DNA from: an uncultured Chloroflexia bacterium
Lineage (GTDB): Bacteria; Chloroflexota; Limnocylindria; QHBO01
Direction: 5' to 3'
DNA length: 64,000 nt
NCBI GenBank assembly: GCA_963825525.1
Contig: CAWGTN010000002.1
Span: 32,001-96,000 of the forward strand
Each line of letters starts with the position of its first letter. Within the stretch, counting starts at the first letter, position 1. Positions 18,666 to 33,038 of this stretch are shown here, piece by piece. The position numbers were made by a program, and so were the translations under genes. Below the pieces are notes generated by a model. That model was not told the DNA's origin. It did no database searches and worked only from the letters and a program-made list of their open reading frames with translations.

Positions 18666-21134
18666 ATGCCCGACACCGCCGCCGCACGCGATCCACGCCT
18701 CTCTCCCCAGGAGATCCTGGGGCGCCTGAACGAGCCCCAACGAGCGGCTGTCGGCCACCTGTCAGGCCCGCTCCTGATCCTGGCGGGGGCGGGGAGTGGC
18801 AAGACCCGCGTCCTCGCGCACCGCGTCGCGTTCCTCATCGCGTCCGGCTTCAAGCCGTGGCAGATCGTTGCCGTCACGTTCACCAACAAGGCAGCCGGCG
18901 AGATGCGTGAGCGAATCGCCGGGCTCATCGGCGAGGAATCGGCCCGCGAGGCCGCCATCGGCACGTTCCATTCGCTGTGCGCGCGAATCCTGCGGCGGGA
19001 CGGCGAGGCCATCGGGCTCACCCGAAGCTTCACGATCTACGATCGCGCCGACCAGGTGGCGCTGGTGAAGTCGATCCTGCGCCGGCTGGACCTCGACGAG
19101 AAGCGCTTCAGCCCCGCCGGCATGCTGGCCTGGATCGGCCAGCGCAAGGACGAGCTCGCGGACGTTGCGACCGCGACGCGCCAGGCCGCGAACTACTTCG
19201 ACGAGACGGCGGCCAGGGTGTACGAGGCGTACCAGCGGCAGCTGGGAGAGGACGGGGCGGTCGACTTCGACGATCTGCTCATGCGGACGGTCTTCCTGTT
19301 CGAGCAGCATCCCGACGTCCTGGCCCGCTACCAGGGCCGCTGGCAGCAGATCAACGTCGACGAGTACCAGGACACCAACCGCGCGCAGTACCTCCTCTGC
19401 CGGCACCTGGCGGCCAAGCACCGCAACCTCGCCGTGGTGGGTGACGACGACCAGAGCATCTACTCGTGGCGCGGCGCCGACCTGCGCAACATCCTGGACT
19501 TCGAGGCGGACTACCCCGACGCGACGGTCGTGAAGCTGGAGCAGAACTACCGGTCCACCCAGACGATCCTCGATGCGGCGCACGCCGTGGTCAGCCGGAA
19601 CTCCGGCCGCAAGGACAAGCGCCTGTGGACCGATCGCGGAACCGGCGCCCAGATCACCCTGTTCGACGCCTACAACGAGTACGAGGAGGCCGAGTTCGTC
19701 GCCCGCCAGGTCGAGAAGCTCGTCGGAGGCGCGGGCCGCGGGTCCATGGCCCGGCTGCTCACCAGCCGCGCGGACGACGAGGATGGTTCCCTGCGCTACG
19801 GCGACATCGCGATCGGCTACCGCATCAACGCCCAGAGCCGCGTGATCGAGGAGTCGCTCATGCGATTCGGAATCCCGTACCAGCTGGTGGGAGGGACGCG
19901 GTTCTACGAGCGCCGCGAGGTCAAGGACGCGCTCGGCTACGTGCGGCTGGCTCGAAATCCGGCGGACCGCGTGGCACTGGCGCGAATCATCAACGTGCCC
20001 GCGCGCGGGATCGGGGCCAAGACGGTCGAGGAGATCGGCGCCTGGTCGGAGTCGCGGGGAGTCACCATGTTCGAGGCCGTCACGCAGGCCGCCGAAAACC
20101 CGAATCTCGCGCCCCGCGCCCGCGCCCAGCTGGCCGTCTTCACCGAGCTGATGCGCGGGCTGATGGAGATGGCGGCAAGCGAGCCACCGTCGGCGATCTT
20201 CGATGCCGCCCTCGAGCGTTCCGGGCTCCAGGCGGTCATCCAGGACGGCACGGACGAGGGCGAGGAGCGCTGGGCGAACCTCACCGAGCTGCGGAACCAC
20301 GCGGCCGAGTTCGACGAGATCGCGGCGCCCGAGGGGCTGGCCCGCTTCCTCGAGGAGGTGGCCCTCGTCAGCGACCAGGACGAGCTCGACGAGGCTCCGG
20401 ACCGCGTCACGCTGATCACCCTCCACGCCGCCAAGGGCCTCGAGTTTCCCGTGGTGTTCATGGTCGGCATGGAAGAGGGACTGCTTCCGCATCGTCGCGC
20501 GCTCGAGGACGAGCGCGAGCTCGAGGAGGAGCGGCGGCTGGCGTACGTGGGGATGACCCGGGCGAAGGATCGGCTGTACCTCGTGCACGCGCACCACCGC
20601 TCGACGTACGGCGTCGGCGCACAGTCGGATCCGTCCCGTTTCCTGGCTGAGCTGCCCGAGGAGCTGCTGGCGGCCGAGCGCAGCGCCGCCCCGTTCCGCC
20701 GTGGAGGAGACTGGCCTCGCGGGACCGATGACGGCGGTTGGCAACCCAGCGGCTATCGCTCGCCAACGCGGCGAGTGCAGGAGCCGCTGCGCCCGATCTC
20801 TCTCCCGGACCTCGCGGGCCCGTCGCAGCCGCGACCGGTTGGACGCCGTCTGGATGCCGCGCGCGAGCGGGTTGCGTCGGCCAGCTACCAGGGCGCGGGC
20901 GCCGTCGATCTCGGAAGCGGAACGTTCTCCGCGCCGGGAGCGGGCGACGCGCTGGGCGCCGAGGAGGATCCGGCGTGGCGCGCCGGCGATCGCGTGCGCC
21001 ACCGGCGCTTCGGCGACGGGATCGTGGTCAGCAGCCGGATCGTGAAGGGCGACGAGGAGGTCACCGTGGCGTTCGTGGGTGAGGGAGTGAAGCGTCTGAT
21101 TGCCGCCTATGCCGGGCTGGAGCGGGTGAGCTGA
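18666..21134 (+). CDS. pcrA: ATP-dependent DNA helicase PcrA/UvrD
   Basis: AGAGSGKT, TFTNKAA, VDEYQDTN, LEQNYRS, HAAKGLEF, EERRLAYVGMTRA, C-terminal Tudor-like GDRVRHRRFG. Confidence 0.96.
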   Translation: MPDTAAARDPRLSPQEILGRLNEPQRAAVGHLSGPLLILAGAGSGKTRVLAHRVAFLIASGFKPWQIVAVTFTNKAAGEMRERIAGLIGEESAREAAIGTFHSLCARILRRDGEAIGLTRSFTIYDRADQVALVKSILRRLDLDEKRFSPAGMLAWIGQRKDELADVATATRQAANYFDETAARVYEAYQRQLGEDGAVDFDDLLMRTVFLFEQHPDVLARYQGRWQQINVDEYQDTNRAQYLLCRHLAAKHRNLAVVGDDDQSIYSWRGADLRNILDFEADYPDATVVKLEQNYRSTQTILDAAHAVVSRNSGRKDKRLWTDRGTGAQITLFDAYNEYEEAEFVARQVEKLVGGAGRGSMARLLTSRADDEDGSLRYGDIAIGYRINAQSRVIEESLMRFGIPYQLVGGTRFYERREVKDALGYVRLARNPADRVALARIINVPARGIGAKTVEEIGAWSESRGVTMFEAVTQAAENPNLAPRARAQLAVFTELMRGLMEMAASEPPSAIFDAALERSGLQAVIQDGTDEGEERWANLTELRNHAAEFDEIAAPEGLARFLEEVALVSDQDELDEAPDRVTLITLHAAKGLEFPVVFMVGMEEGLLPHRRALEDERELEEERRLAYVGMTRAKDRLYLVHAHHRSTYGVGAQSDPSRFLAELPEELLAAERSAAPFRRGGDWPRGTDDGGWQPSGYRSPTRRVQEPLRPISLPDLAGPSQPRPVGRRLDAARERVASASYQGAGAVDLGSGTFSAPGAGDALGAEEDPAWRAGDRVRHRRFGDGIVVSSRIVKGDEEVTVAFVGEGVKRLIAAYAGLERVS

Positions 21135-21599
21135 TGGCTGAGTTGGAGCTCATCGCGGATCTGAAACGGGAGCGGGAGCGCTTCTTCGGGGCGGTCGCGG
21201 CCATCTCCCCGCAGTCGATGACGACGCCGGGCCTGGTGGGGGAGTGGAGCGCCCGGGAGCTCATCGCGCACCTGGGGTACTGGGTCGGGCATGCCGCCGA
21301 GCAGATCCACCGGGTGGAGGAGGGCCGCGGCCCGGAGGCGGAGGACGAGGAGCCGTCGGTCGACGAGGTCAACGAGACCGTGGCACGCATCGCGCGCCAG
21401 ACCGACCTCGCGCGGGTGCGTGCACGCGAGGCGGCATCGGTCGAGGCGCTGATCGAGCGGCTGGAGGCCGTCGACCCGGCTCTGCTGGAGGAACAGCTCG
21501 CGGACGGATCGACGCTCCTGGAAGCCATCCGCGAGGACGCATCGGTCCACTATGCCGAGCACGCCGATGAGCTCGTCGCGATGACGGCGGCGCCGCCCA

Positions 21600-21607
<8 letters not shown>
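21134..21607 (+). CDS. DinB/YfiT-like four-helix-bundle protein
   Basis: GEWSARELIAH...HYAEH His triad; start overlaps the pcrA stop. Confidence 0.8.
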
Positions 21608-25208
<3,601 letters not shown>

Positions 25209-25212
<4 letters not shown>

Positions 25213-26452
25213 CGCCGTCCTCCCGCCATGCGTCCGGCGTCGGGTCGGCCGCCGCAGCCGCGCCATGGCGATGATGCCCACCAGGGGGCCGATGGCCAGG
25301 ATGGCGAACGCCACGGTCCAGCCCTCTCGCGTGCCCGGATCAAGCAGCCCCACGCCGATCATCGTCACGCCGGTCAGCAGGAACCCCGCGGCGGTCTGCA
25401 ACGCCAGGGCGGAACCGGCCGTGCCCGGAGGCGCCAGCTCGCTCACTGCGGTCGAGAACTGCGCGGAGTCGGCGACCACGGTGATGCCCCACACCACGAG
25501 CACCGTCAGCACGATGGCGGTCGGTGCTCCGAACAGGAAACCGACGACGATGGCGCTCGAGCCGGAGAGCGCCATGGCCGTGATCGTCACCGTCGTCCGA
25601 CCCAGCCGATCGGCCAACGCCCCGGCACCGATGCAGCCGACCGCTCCGGAGGCGACGACCAGGAAGGCGACGCCGCTCGCCGCGGCGGGCGGCACGTCAC
25701 CCGACAGCGCGAGCGTGGCCGCCACGAAGACCGGCACCCAGGTCCACATGGCGTACAGCTCCCACATGTGGCCGAGGTAGCCGAGGTTCGCCAGCTGCAC
25801 GCTGCGCTCGCCGAGCGCGGTACGTGCCATCCGCAGGCTGAGACGCACCGCCGGCGTGCTCATGGGTCCCTCGCGAACACCGAACCAGGCGACGGCCGCG
25901 GCGACAAGGCAGGGGAGCGGTGGCGGCCAGCACCACCGAGCGCCACTCGAGGCCGGCCAGTGCACCGAGCGACCGGAACAGGTGCGGCATCGCGGATCCG
26001 AGTGTGATGGCGCCGATCAGGATGCCGACCCCGAGGCCGCGTGACGCTCCGAACCAGCCGGACAGGACCTTCATCGCCACCGGGTACACGGCGGCGATGC
26101 CGGCGCCACTCAGCGCGCGGAGGGGCAATGCCGTGGCCAGGTCGGTGGCAAGCAGCCCGAAGGCCGCGTTGGCCACGGCCGCCAGCAGCGCGCCGCCGGC
26201 CATCAGCCGGCGGGCAGGGACGACGTCGGCGGCACCGGTGAAGGCGACCACCAGCGCGCCGACGACGAAGCCGAGCTGGACCGCCACCGTGAGCATGACC
26301 GTCTCGACCGAGCCGATCGCCCACTCCTCCCCGATGATCGGGGCCACCGCTGCGGCGCTGAACCACGGCACCAGTGCCAGCAGGACCGTCGCGGCGAGCA
26401 CGGCCAGCTGCGCCCAGCGGGCGGCGGGCTCGGGCTGGATCGACGCGGTCAC
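25209..26452 (-). CDS. MFS transporter, frameshifted twice (~25910 and ~25248)
   Basis: N half WFSAAAV..VYPVAMK, C half GYLGHMWELYAMW..ADSAQFS; removing one C gives the end RRRPDAGRMAGGRR*. Confidence 0.8.
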
Positions 26453-26507
26453 GCGGTCTCGGTGCCGTCGGACCGCCGGGCGACGCATCGCAGCCGCGCG
26501 ATCGGCT

Positions 26508-27338
26508 TCATCGGTCGCCCTCGGCAAGGAATGCCTCGACGATGGTGTCGTAGTCGCGGAACGAGCTGCGCACGGTGTGTCCGCAGTCGGGATCAGTCCG
26601 CAGCTCGGCACCCGGGATGGCGTCCGAAACCTGCCGCGTCGACTCGACCGGCACCACCTGGTCGAGCTCGCCCGCCAGGATCAGCGTCGGGATCGCGATC
26701 TCACCCAGCCGCCCGGTGACGAACGAGGACGGATCGAGGGTCGTGCGCAGCTCGCCGATGAATCGCTCAGGGGTAGCGGGACGAGGCTGGAGGTTGGCTG
26801 CCGCAGCGAATGATCCAGCCTCGTCCTCGGCTCCCGCCTTCATCTGGCGGGCCATGAGGCCGAAGAACGTGCCCCAGTCGCCGGCTTCGGCCAGGTCGAT
26901 CCAGCGCGCCATCCGCGAGGCCATCGGTGAGTCGGGCGGAGTCTCGGACGAGACGGCCGCAAGGACGAGCCGTGCCACCATCTCAGGATGGTCGACCGTC
27001 AGCCACAGGCTGATCCGTCCACCGCCCGATTCGGCCTCGATGGCCACCGGGCCGATCGACAGCGAACGCAGCGTTTCGGCAACGGCATCGGCAATGACCC
27101 GCGGGTGCATGATCCGCGGCGCATCGGCCGGGTCGTCGGGGAGGGGCCGGCCGATGACCGTGATGGCGCGTCGTTCCGCTCGACCGGCCCATCGGCGCGC
27201 GAGGAGCTGCTCGGTCCCGGCCAGCGGCCGGAAGCCGGTTTCCACGCCCCCGAGGACGACGAGGGGCACCCCATCGCCGCCCGGAATGCGGAACGATTCG
27301 ATTCGCCCGCCTGGGATCTCGAGTGCCTGGATCGCCAT
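26508..27338 (-). CDS. Alpha/beta hydrolase
   Basis: AESGGG nucleophile elbow, PTLILAGELDQVV, C-terminal GH. Confidence 0.8.
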   Translation of the reverse strand: MAIQALEIPGGRIESFRIPGGDGVPLVVLGGVETGFRPLAGTEQLLARRWAGRAERRAITVIGRPLPDDPADAPRIMHPRVIADAVAETLRSLSIGPVAIEAESGGGRISLWLTVDHPEMVARLVLAAVSSETPPDSPMASRMARWIDLAEAGDWGTFFGLMARQMKAGAEDEAGSFAAAANLQPRPATPERFIGELRTTLDPSSFVTGRLGEIAIPTLILAGELDQVVPVESTRQVSDAIPGAELRTDPDCGHTVRSSFRDYDTIVEAFLAEGDR

Positions 27339-27374
27339 CGGCGCAATCGTGCCAGATGGCGCTACCATCCGTGC

Positions 27375-27674
27375 ATGGCATCCATCAGCCGCGAGGACGT
27401 CGAGCACGTTGCCGATCTCGCGCGCCTCCATCTGACCGATGAGGAGATCGGCCGCATGCAGGTGCAGCTGTCGAAGATCCTCGATGCCGTCGAGACGCTG
27501 CGCGACGTGGACACCAGCCACGTCGGCCCCACCGCCAGCGTGATCCAGCTCGAGAACGTCATGCGCGAGGACGAGGCATCAACCCCGATGCCGCGCGATG
27601 TCACCCTTGCCAACGCGCCGCTGCGGGACGACCCGTTCCTCCGGGTGCCCACCGTCCTGGAAGAAGGGCGATGA
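27375..27674 (+). CDS. gatC: Asp/Glu-tRNA amidotransferase subunit C
   Basis: ISREDVEHVADLARL, NVMRED, FLRVPTVL. Confidence 0.95.
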   Translation: MASISREDVEHVADLARLHLTDEEIGRMQVQLSKILDAVETLRDVDTSHVGPTASVIQLENVMREDEASTPMPRDVTLANAPLRDDPFLRVPTVLEEGR

Positions 27675-29179
27675 GCTCCGGCTCCGGGCCCGACGGCACG
27701 ATCTCCGAGGCGGTCGAAGCGCTCCGTGACCGACGCGTCAGCGCGCGGGAGCTGACCGACGCCTGCCTCGCTCGGATCGAGCGCGACGGGGAACGCCTCA
27801 ACACCTTCCTTGCCGTCGAGCCCGAGGCGGCGCAGCGTGCTGCCGACGAGGCGGATGCGGCGCTGGCCCGTGGGGACGGCGAGGATCGGCCGCTGCTCGG
27901 GATCCCGTACGCGCTGAAGGACATCTTCGTCACCCGCGGCCTCGATTTCGACGGATCCCCGCTGCCGGGAACGATGCCGACGACCGCGGGCAGCTTCATC
28001 CTCGAGGGTTACCGCTCGCCGTTTCCTTCGTCAGCCGAGGAGCGGCTGGCCGAGGCGGGGTCCATCCTGCTGGGCAAGACGAACTGCGACGAGTTCGCGA
28101 TGGGCTCATCGAACGAGAACAGCGCCTACGGGCCGGTGCGCAACCCATGGGACGAATCGACGGTCCCGGGAGGGTCGTCGGGAGGGTCATCGGCTGCTGT
28201 CGCGGGGGGCCAGGCCTACTTCGCGCTCGGGACCGATACCGGCGGCAGCATTCGCCAGCCGGCCTCGCTGACCGGAACGGTGGGCATGAAGCCGACGTAT
28301 GGGCGCGTCAGCCGCTGGGGCATGATCGCGTTCGCCTCCAGCCTGGACCAGGCGGGGCCGATTGCTCGCTCGGTGGCGGATGTGGCCCTCGTCCTCGGCG
28401 CGATCGCCGGCCACGACAGGCGGGATTCCACCAGCGTCGACATCCCGGTGCCGCAGTACGCGGCCGCGCTGGACGGGAACGTGAAGGGCCTTCGGCTCGG
28501 CGTTCCGAAGGAGTACTTCGTCGCCGGCATGGAGCCCGGCGTCGAGAAGGCCGTACGGGCGGCCATCGACGTGCTGGCCGGCCTGGGCGCCGAGATCGTG
28601 GACGTGAGCCTGCCATCGACCGATCGCGGGCTGGCGACGTACTACATCATCGCGCCGGCTGAGGCATCGGCGAACCTTGCCCGCTTCGACGGCGTGCGCT
28701 ACGGGCTGTCCGCGGGCGCCGCCGAGCTGTGGGAGAACTACACCCAGACCCGGGGCCAGGGCTTCGGAGCCGAGGTCAAGCGCCGAGTCATGCTCGGAAC
28801 CTACGCCCTCTCGGCCGGCTACTACGACGCGTACTACGTGAAGGCGCAGCAGGTCCGGACCCTCATCAAGGCCGAGTTCGACGAGGTCCTGTCAAGGGTT
28901 GACGCCATCGTGGCGCCAACCTCGCCGAACGTCGCATTCAAGATCGGCGCCAAGATGGACGACCCCCTGGCGATGTACCTCAACGACGCCTGCACGCTGC
29001 CGGTGAACATTGCGGGACTGCCCGGCATCAGCGTGCCGTGTGGCCTGTCCGATGGGTTGCCCGTCGGCCTCCAGGTCATCGGCCGCGCCTTCGACGAGAG
29101 CACGGTGCTGCGCGTCGCCGATGCCTACGAGCGGGAGGCCGGCTTCAGCCATCTGCGACCACCCACGGCGCATGCCTGA
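27671..29179 (+). CDS. gatA: Asp/Glu-tRNA amidotransferase subunit A
   Basis: GKTNCDEFAMGSS, PGGSSGGS, GTDTGGSIRQPA, GYYDAYY. Confidence 0.96.
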   Translation: MSSGSGPDGTISEAVEALRDRRVSARELTDACLARIERDGERLNTFLAVEPEAAQRAADEADAALARGDGEDRPLLGIPYALKDIFVTRGLDFDGSPLPGTMPTTAGSFILEGYRSPFPSSAEERLAEAGSILLGKTNCDEFAMGSSNENSAYGPVRNPWDESTVPGGSSGGSSAAVAGGQAYFALGTDTGGSIRQPASLTGTVGMKPTYGRVSRWGMIAFASSLDQAGPIARSVADVALVLGAIAGHDRRDSTSVDIPVPQYAAALDGNVKGLRLGVPKEYFVAGMEPGVEKAVRAAIDVLAGLGAEIVDVSLPSTDRGLATYYIIAPAEASANLARFDGVRYGLSAGAAELWENYTQTRGQGFGAEVKRRVMLGTYALSAGYYDAYYVKAQQVRTLIKAEFDEVLSRVDAIVAPTSPNVAFKIGAKMDDPLAMYLNDACTLPVNIAGLPGISVPCGLSDGLPVGLQVIGRAFDESTVLRVADAYEREAGFSHLRPPTAHA

Positions 29180-29756
29180 AATCAGCCACGTCCGGATCGA
29201 GGTGCCGGAGCAGGGGACCCTGAACCGCATCCTGCGGGAGGGCGGCGCGCAGCTCTTCCCGCAGTGGCTGTATGCCGAGCCCGGCGACGAGCCGCGCATC
29301 CGATGGTGGGGCGTCCGCGCGGCCCCCACGCAGCTGCTCGAGGTTCCCGATGCCTCGGACGCGCGCCACGGGCTCTTTCCGAGGCCTGTTGACGACTGGA
29401 CCGAAGCGCCGCGTGGCCTGGTGCTGGCCACGGTGGACCTCGAGCGCGCGAAGGCCGATCTGGCACCCGCGTTCGGGGACGCCTGGACTGACGCCGGCGA
29501 CGATCCGCTTCTCGGAGCTCGATGTCAGCGGCTGACGCTGGATCGAAGCGTCCTGGTGCTCGCCGAGCCCACGACCGAGGGCTACGCGGCGGCGTGCCTG
29601 GCACGCTTCGGGGAAGGTCCGATCGCCATGGTACTGGACGGCACGACCGCCTCCGGCCGTCCCGCCCTGACGAACCCGGTGACGCGGAGCCCGGCCACGT
29701 ACGTTCGCATCGGCCCGGGGACCGCACCGACGCTGATCTTTCTGCCGGCGCGATGA
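29172..29756 (+). CDS. Hypothetical protein, possibly with a degenerate VOC-like fold
   Basis: Overlap-coupled to gatA and DUF1684; ATVDLERA...LARFGEGP. Confidence 0.6.
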   Translation: MPEISHVRIEVPEQGTLNRILREGGAQLFPQWLYAEPGDEPRIRWWGVRAAPTQLLEVPDASDARHGLFPRPVDDWTEAPRGLVLATVDLERAKADLAPAFGDAWTDAGDDPLLGARCQRLTLDRSVLVLAEPTTEGYAAACLARFGEGPIAMVLDGTTASGRPALTNPVTRSPATYVRIGPGTAPTLIFLPAR

Positions 29757-30571
29757 TCGATGCGGAGGCCCACAGCCGCATCGTCGAGGCGTGGCGCACG
29801 CAGCGCAATGCCCGTCTGATGGATGAGGTCGGCTGGCTCACGCTGGCCGGCCTCGGTTGGCTCAGTCCGGGGCGGAACCGCATCGGATCGGCAGAGGGCA
29901 GTGACGTTGTGCTGCCCGGCGGACCGGCGGAGGCGGGGAGCATCAACGTCACCGACGACGGAGTTCTCGCCTCGGGAGCGTTCGAGCATGACGGCCAGCG
30001 GGTGAACGACCTGCGCCTGTCGAGCGACAAGGAAGGGACACCGACGCTGCTTGAGCTGGGTCACCTGCGGCTGTGCCTGATCGAGCGCGGTGGCCGCTTG
30101 GCCATCCGGACATGGGACACGGAAGCGCCGCAACGCCGAGAGTTCGGTGGCATCGACCACTGGCCGGTCGCCCCGGAGTGGCGCATTGTCGGGACGTTCG
30201 AGCCGACGCCGGGACGAACCCTGGGCGTGCCGGATGTCCTCGGCACGATCGACCAGGCCCCGGCTCCCGGCGATGTGGTCTTCGAGGCCGGTGGCGCGAC
30301 GCATCGGCTCCAGGGCCTGGACGGAGGTGACTCGGGCGAACTGTGGATCATCTTCGCGGACGCGACCAATGGGTCGGAGACCTATGGCGGCGGCCGGTTC
30401 CTGTACACGAGTCGACCCGAGGCGGACGGGAGCGTGGTCATCGACTTCAACCGGGCGTACAACCCGCCCTGTGTCTTCTCACCGTTCGCGACCTGTCCGC
30501 TGCCTTGGGCGGAGAATCGGCTCTCGATCCGCATCGAGGCCGGGGAGATGCTCTACCGGCCTCCGGACTGA
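29753..30571 (+). CDS. DUF1684 family protein
   Basis: GWLTLAGL, FADATNGSETYGGGRF, DFNRAYNPPC..SPFATCPLP. Confidence 0.9.
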   Translation: MIDAEAHSRIVEAWRTQRNARLMDEVGWLTLAGLGWLSPGRNRIGSAEGSDVVLPGGPAEAGSINVTDDGVLASGAFEHDGQRVNDLRLSSDKEGTPTLLELGHLRLCLIERGGRLAIRTWDTEAPQRREFGGIDHWPVAPEWRIVGTFEPTPGRTLGVPDVLGTIDQAPAPGDVVFEAGGATHRLQGLDGGDSGELWIIFADATNGSETYGGGRFLYTSRPEADGSVVIDFNRAYNPPCVFSPFATCPLPWAENRLSIRIEAGEMLYRPPD

Positions 30572-30594
30572 CCGGCCGCTACACTGGCGGGCAG

Positions 30595-31795
30595 ATGAGC
30601 ACGACACAGCCCACCCGACGCGCCACCGCCGATTTCCTGAACGACACGCGTTCGCGCCATCCCGCCTTCGGGGATCCGCCGCTTCTTCGACATGCTGGCC
30701 GAGATGAACGACGTCATCAGCCTGACGATCGGCGAGCCGGACTTCACCACGCCCGAGCCGATCACCCGGGCGGCCATCGAGAGCCTCGAGGCGGGGGAGA
30801 CGCACTACACCGCCAACGGTGGAATGGTCGAGCTGCGCGAGCTGATCGCGGCCAACCTTCGAGATCGGTATGGCGTCTCGTACGACCCGATGGCGGAGCT
30901 CATCATCACGGTGGGAGCGTCCGAGGGCGTTGACGCCAGCCTGCGGGCCACCATCAATCCGGGTGACGAGGTCATCTACCACGAGCCGTGCTTCGTGGCG
31001 TATGCGCCGTGCATCGAGCTGGCCGGCGGCAGGCCCGTGGCTGTGAGTACCACGGACGCGACCGACTTCCGCGTCACCGCCGACATGATCCGTGCGGCGA
31101 TCACGCCACGCACCAAGGCCATCTTCCTTGGCTACCCGAACAATCCGACCGGGGCCGTGCTCGACCGGGAGGAGCTCGAGGACATCGCCCGCGTGGCCGA
31201 TGAGCACGACCTGCTCGTCTACTCGGACGAGATCTATGACCGGCTGGTGTACGGCGACCACCAGCACACCGCCTTCAGCGCGTTGCCCGGCATGCGGGAC
31301 CGGACCATCCTCCTCGGTGGTTTCAGCAAGAGCTATGCAATGACCGGCTGGCGCATCGGCTACGTGGCAGCCCCACGCGAGCTCATGAGCGGGATCTCCA
31401 AGATCCACCAGTACGGGATCATGTGCGCTCCCACCTCGGCGCAGTTCGCCGGCATCGAGGCGCTCAAGAGCGGAGAGCCGCACGTGCAGGAGATGCGCGC
31501 TGAATACGACCGCCGCCGCCGGTACATGACCGACCGCTTCAACCAGATCGGCCTGCATTGCTTCGAGCCGATGGGCGCCTTCTACTGCTTCCCGCAGGTC
31601 AGTGACGCGACCGGGCTGGACGAGACGACCTTCGCCGAGAAGCTCCTCGAAGAGGAGCGAGTCGGAGTCGTGCCTGGGACGGCGTTCGGGCCTTCGGGCG
31701 CCGGTCACGTCCGCGTCTGCTATGCCACCGCCTTCGACCAGATCGTCGAGGCCATGGATCGGATCGAGCGCTTCGTGGCGCGCCACCGCGCCTGA
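30595..31795 (+). CDS. PLP-dependent aminotransferase class I/II; one extra base near 30646
   Basis: Removing one A gives RVRAIPPSGIRRFFD; GEPDF, PNNPTG, SDEIY, GFSKSYAMTGWRIG. Confidence 0.9.
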
Positions 31796-31805
31796 CCGCG
31801 CGCCG

Positions 31806-32573
31806 ATGGAGAAGACGGCCGCCCAGCGATTCAGCGAAACGGCCGATGGCTACGCCCGCACGATGGCGCCCTCATTGCGCCACATGGCGGCAGAGGTCGT
31901 GCGGCGTGCGCGGGTGCAGCCGGGGGAATCGGTGCTCGACATCGGCACGGGTACGGGCACCGCGGCCGCCATGGCCCGTGGCGATGGACGACGCGTCGTC
32001 GGCGTCGATGCCGCGCCCGGGATGTTGGCGATCGCGCGCAGTGATGTCGACGGGGTTGAGTTCGTCGAGTCCGACTTCGCGTCGCTGCCGTTCGATGACA
32101 GGACCTTCGACATCGCGCTCGCCGTGCACGCGTTGCTCTTCGCTGCCGACCAGCGCGCCACCATGGTCGAGTGGCTGCGCGTCACGCGGCCGGGAGGTCG
32201 GCTCAGCCTATCGGTTCCAGGGCCGGCCGAGGTCACACCGAGCCACCTCTATCGCCGGATCTACGAGGACCACGGGATCGACACCGCGGGCCGGTACCCC
32301 ACCGCCGACTCTCTCGCTCGCCTTGCGGCGTCCGCAGGCTGGACCGGCGTGGAGGTCATGGCTGATCCGGGCACCGAGATCGTGCTCGGGTCGGAGGACG
32401 ACTACCGTGAGTGGCGCACGATCGGCTTCCGCGGGGCGGCGACTGCCGAGTACACGCCCGAGCAGAACACGGCGCTCACCGACGAGATGCTGGCCGTCAC
32501 GCCACGGGGTCCCGATGGTTCGTACCGAATTCCTTTCGGCGCGCTGTACCTCACTGCCAGGCGGGGCTCCTGA
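31806..32573 (+). CDS. Class I SAM-dependent methyltransferase
   Basis: VLDIGTGTG, LPFDDRTFD, RVTRPGG. Confidence 0.88.
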   Translation: MEKTAAQRFSETADGYARTMAPSLRHMAAEVVRRARVQPGESVLDIGTGTGTAAAMARGDGRRVVGVDAAPGMLAIARSDVDGVEFVESDFASLPFDDRTFDIALAVHALLFAADQRATMVEWLRVTRPGGRLSLSVPGPAEVTPSHLYRRIYEDHGIDTAGRYPTADSLARLAASAGWTGVEVMADPGTEIVLGSEDDYREWRTIGFRGAATAEYTPEQNTALTDEMLAVTPRGPDGSYRIPFGALYLTARRGS

Positions 32574-32588
32574 CCGGAGACGCGTCGC

Positions 32589-33005
32589 TCAGCCGCCGTA
32601 CTTGAGACAGGCGCGCGCGAACGAGAGGAGGCCCTCGAGGGAGCGATCGTCCGCATCGCTGGTGGCTGTGAGCTCGATCTTGGGTTCCTGCGCGACCAAC
32701 CGCCACACCGCCTTGTCATGGCCGGTGACCTCGTCGATCTGGGAGTCACTCTGGAGCCGCAGGCCGCTGAGCGACGCCCATCGGACCGCCTGGCCACGGA
32801 GGATCCATGATCCGCTCGGATCGGCCCCGGCGGGCGTGTACGTGAAGTCGAGCAGCCCGATGTCCGTCGCCACCAGAACGCGCATGCGGCCGCTGTCCGG
32901 ATGCACCCCGACATGCGCGGCGTACTCGTCCGCCCGCAGCTCGCCCATCTGACGCTGGATCAGGCCCCGGGCCTTGCCCAGGTTGTCCCACTCACCGATC
33001 TTCAT
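32589..33005 (-). CDS. Hypothetical protein (possible PH-like fold)
   Basis: Coding-like codon usage; TAGGCT -10 box 8 nt upstream. Confidence 0.65.
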   Translation of the reverse strand: MKIGEWDNLGKARGLIQRQMGELRADEYAAHVGVHPDSGRMRVLVATDIGLLDFTYTPAGADPSGSWILRGQAVRWASLSGLRLQSDSQIDEVTGHDKAVWRLVAQEPKIELTATSDADDRSLEGLLSFARACLKYGG

Positions 33006-33038
33006 GGCGGCGCAGCCTAGCAGTTGCGGGCGCGGTCA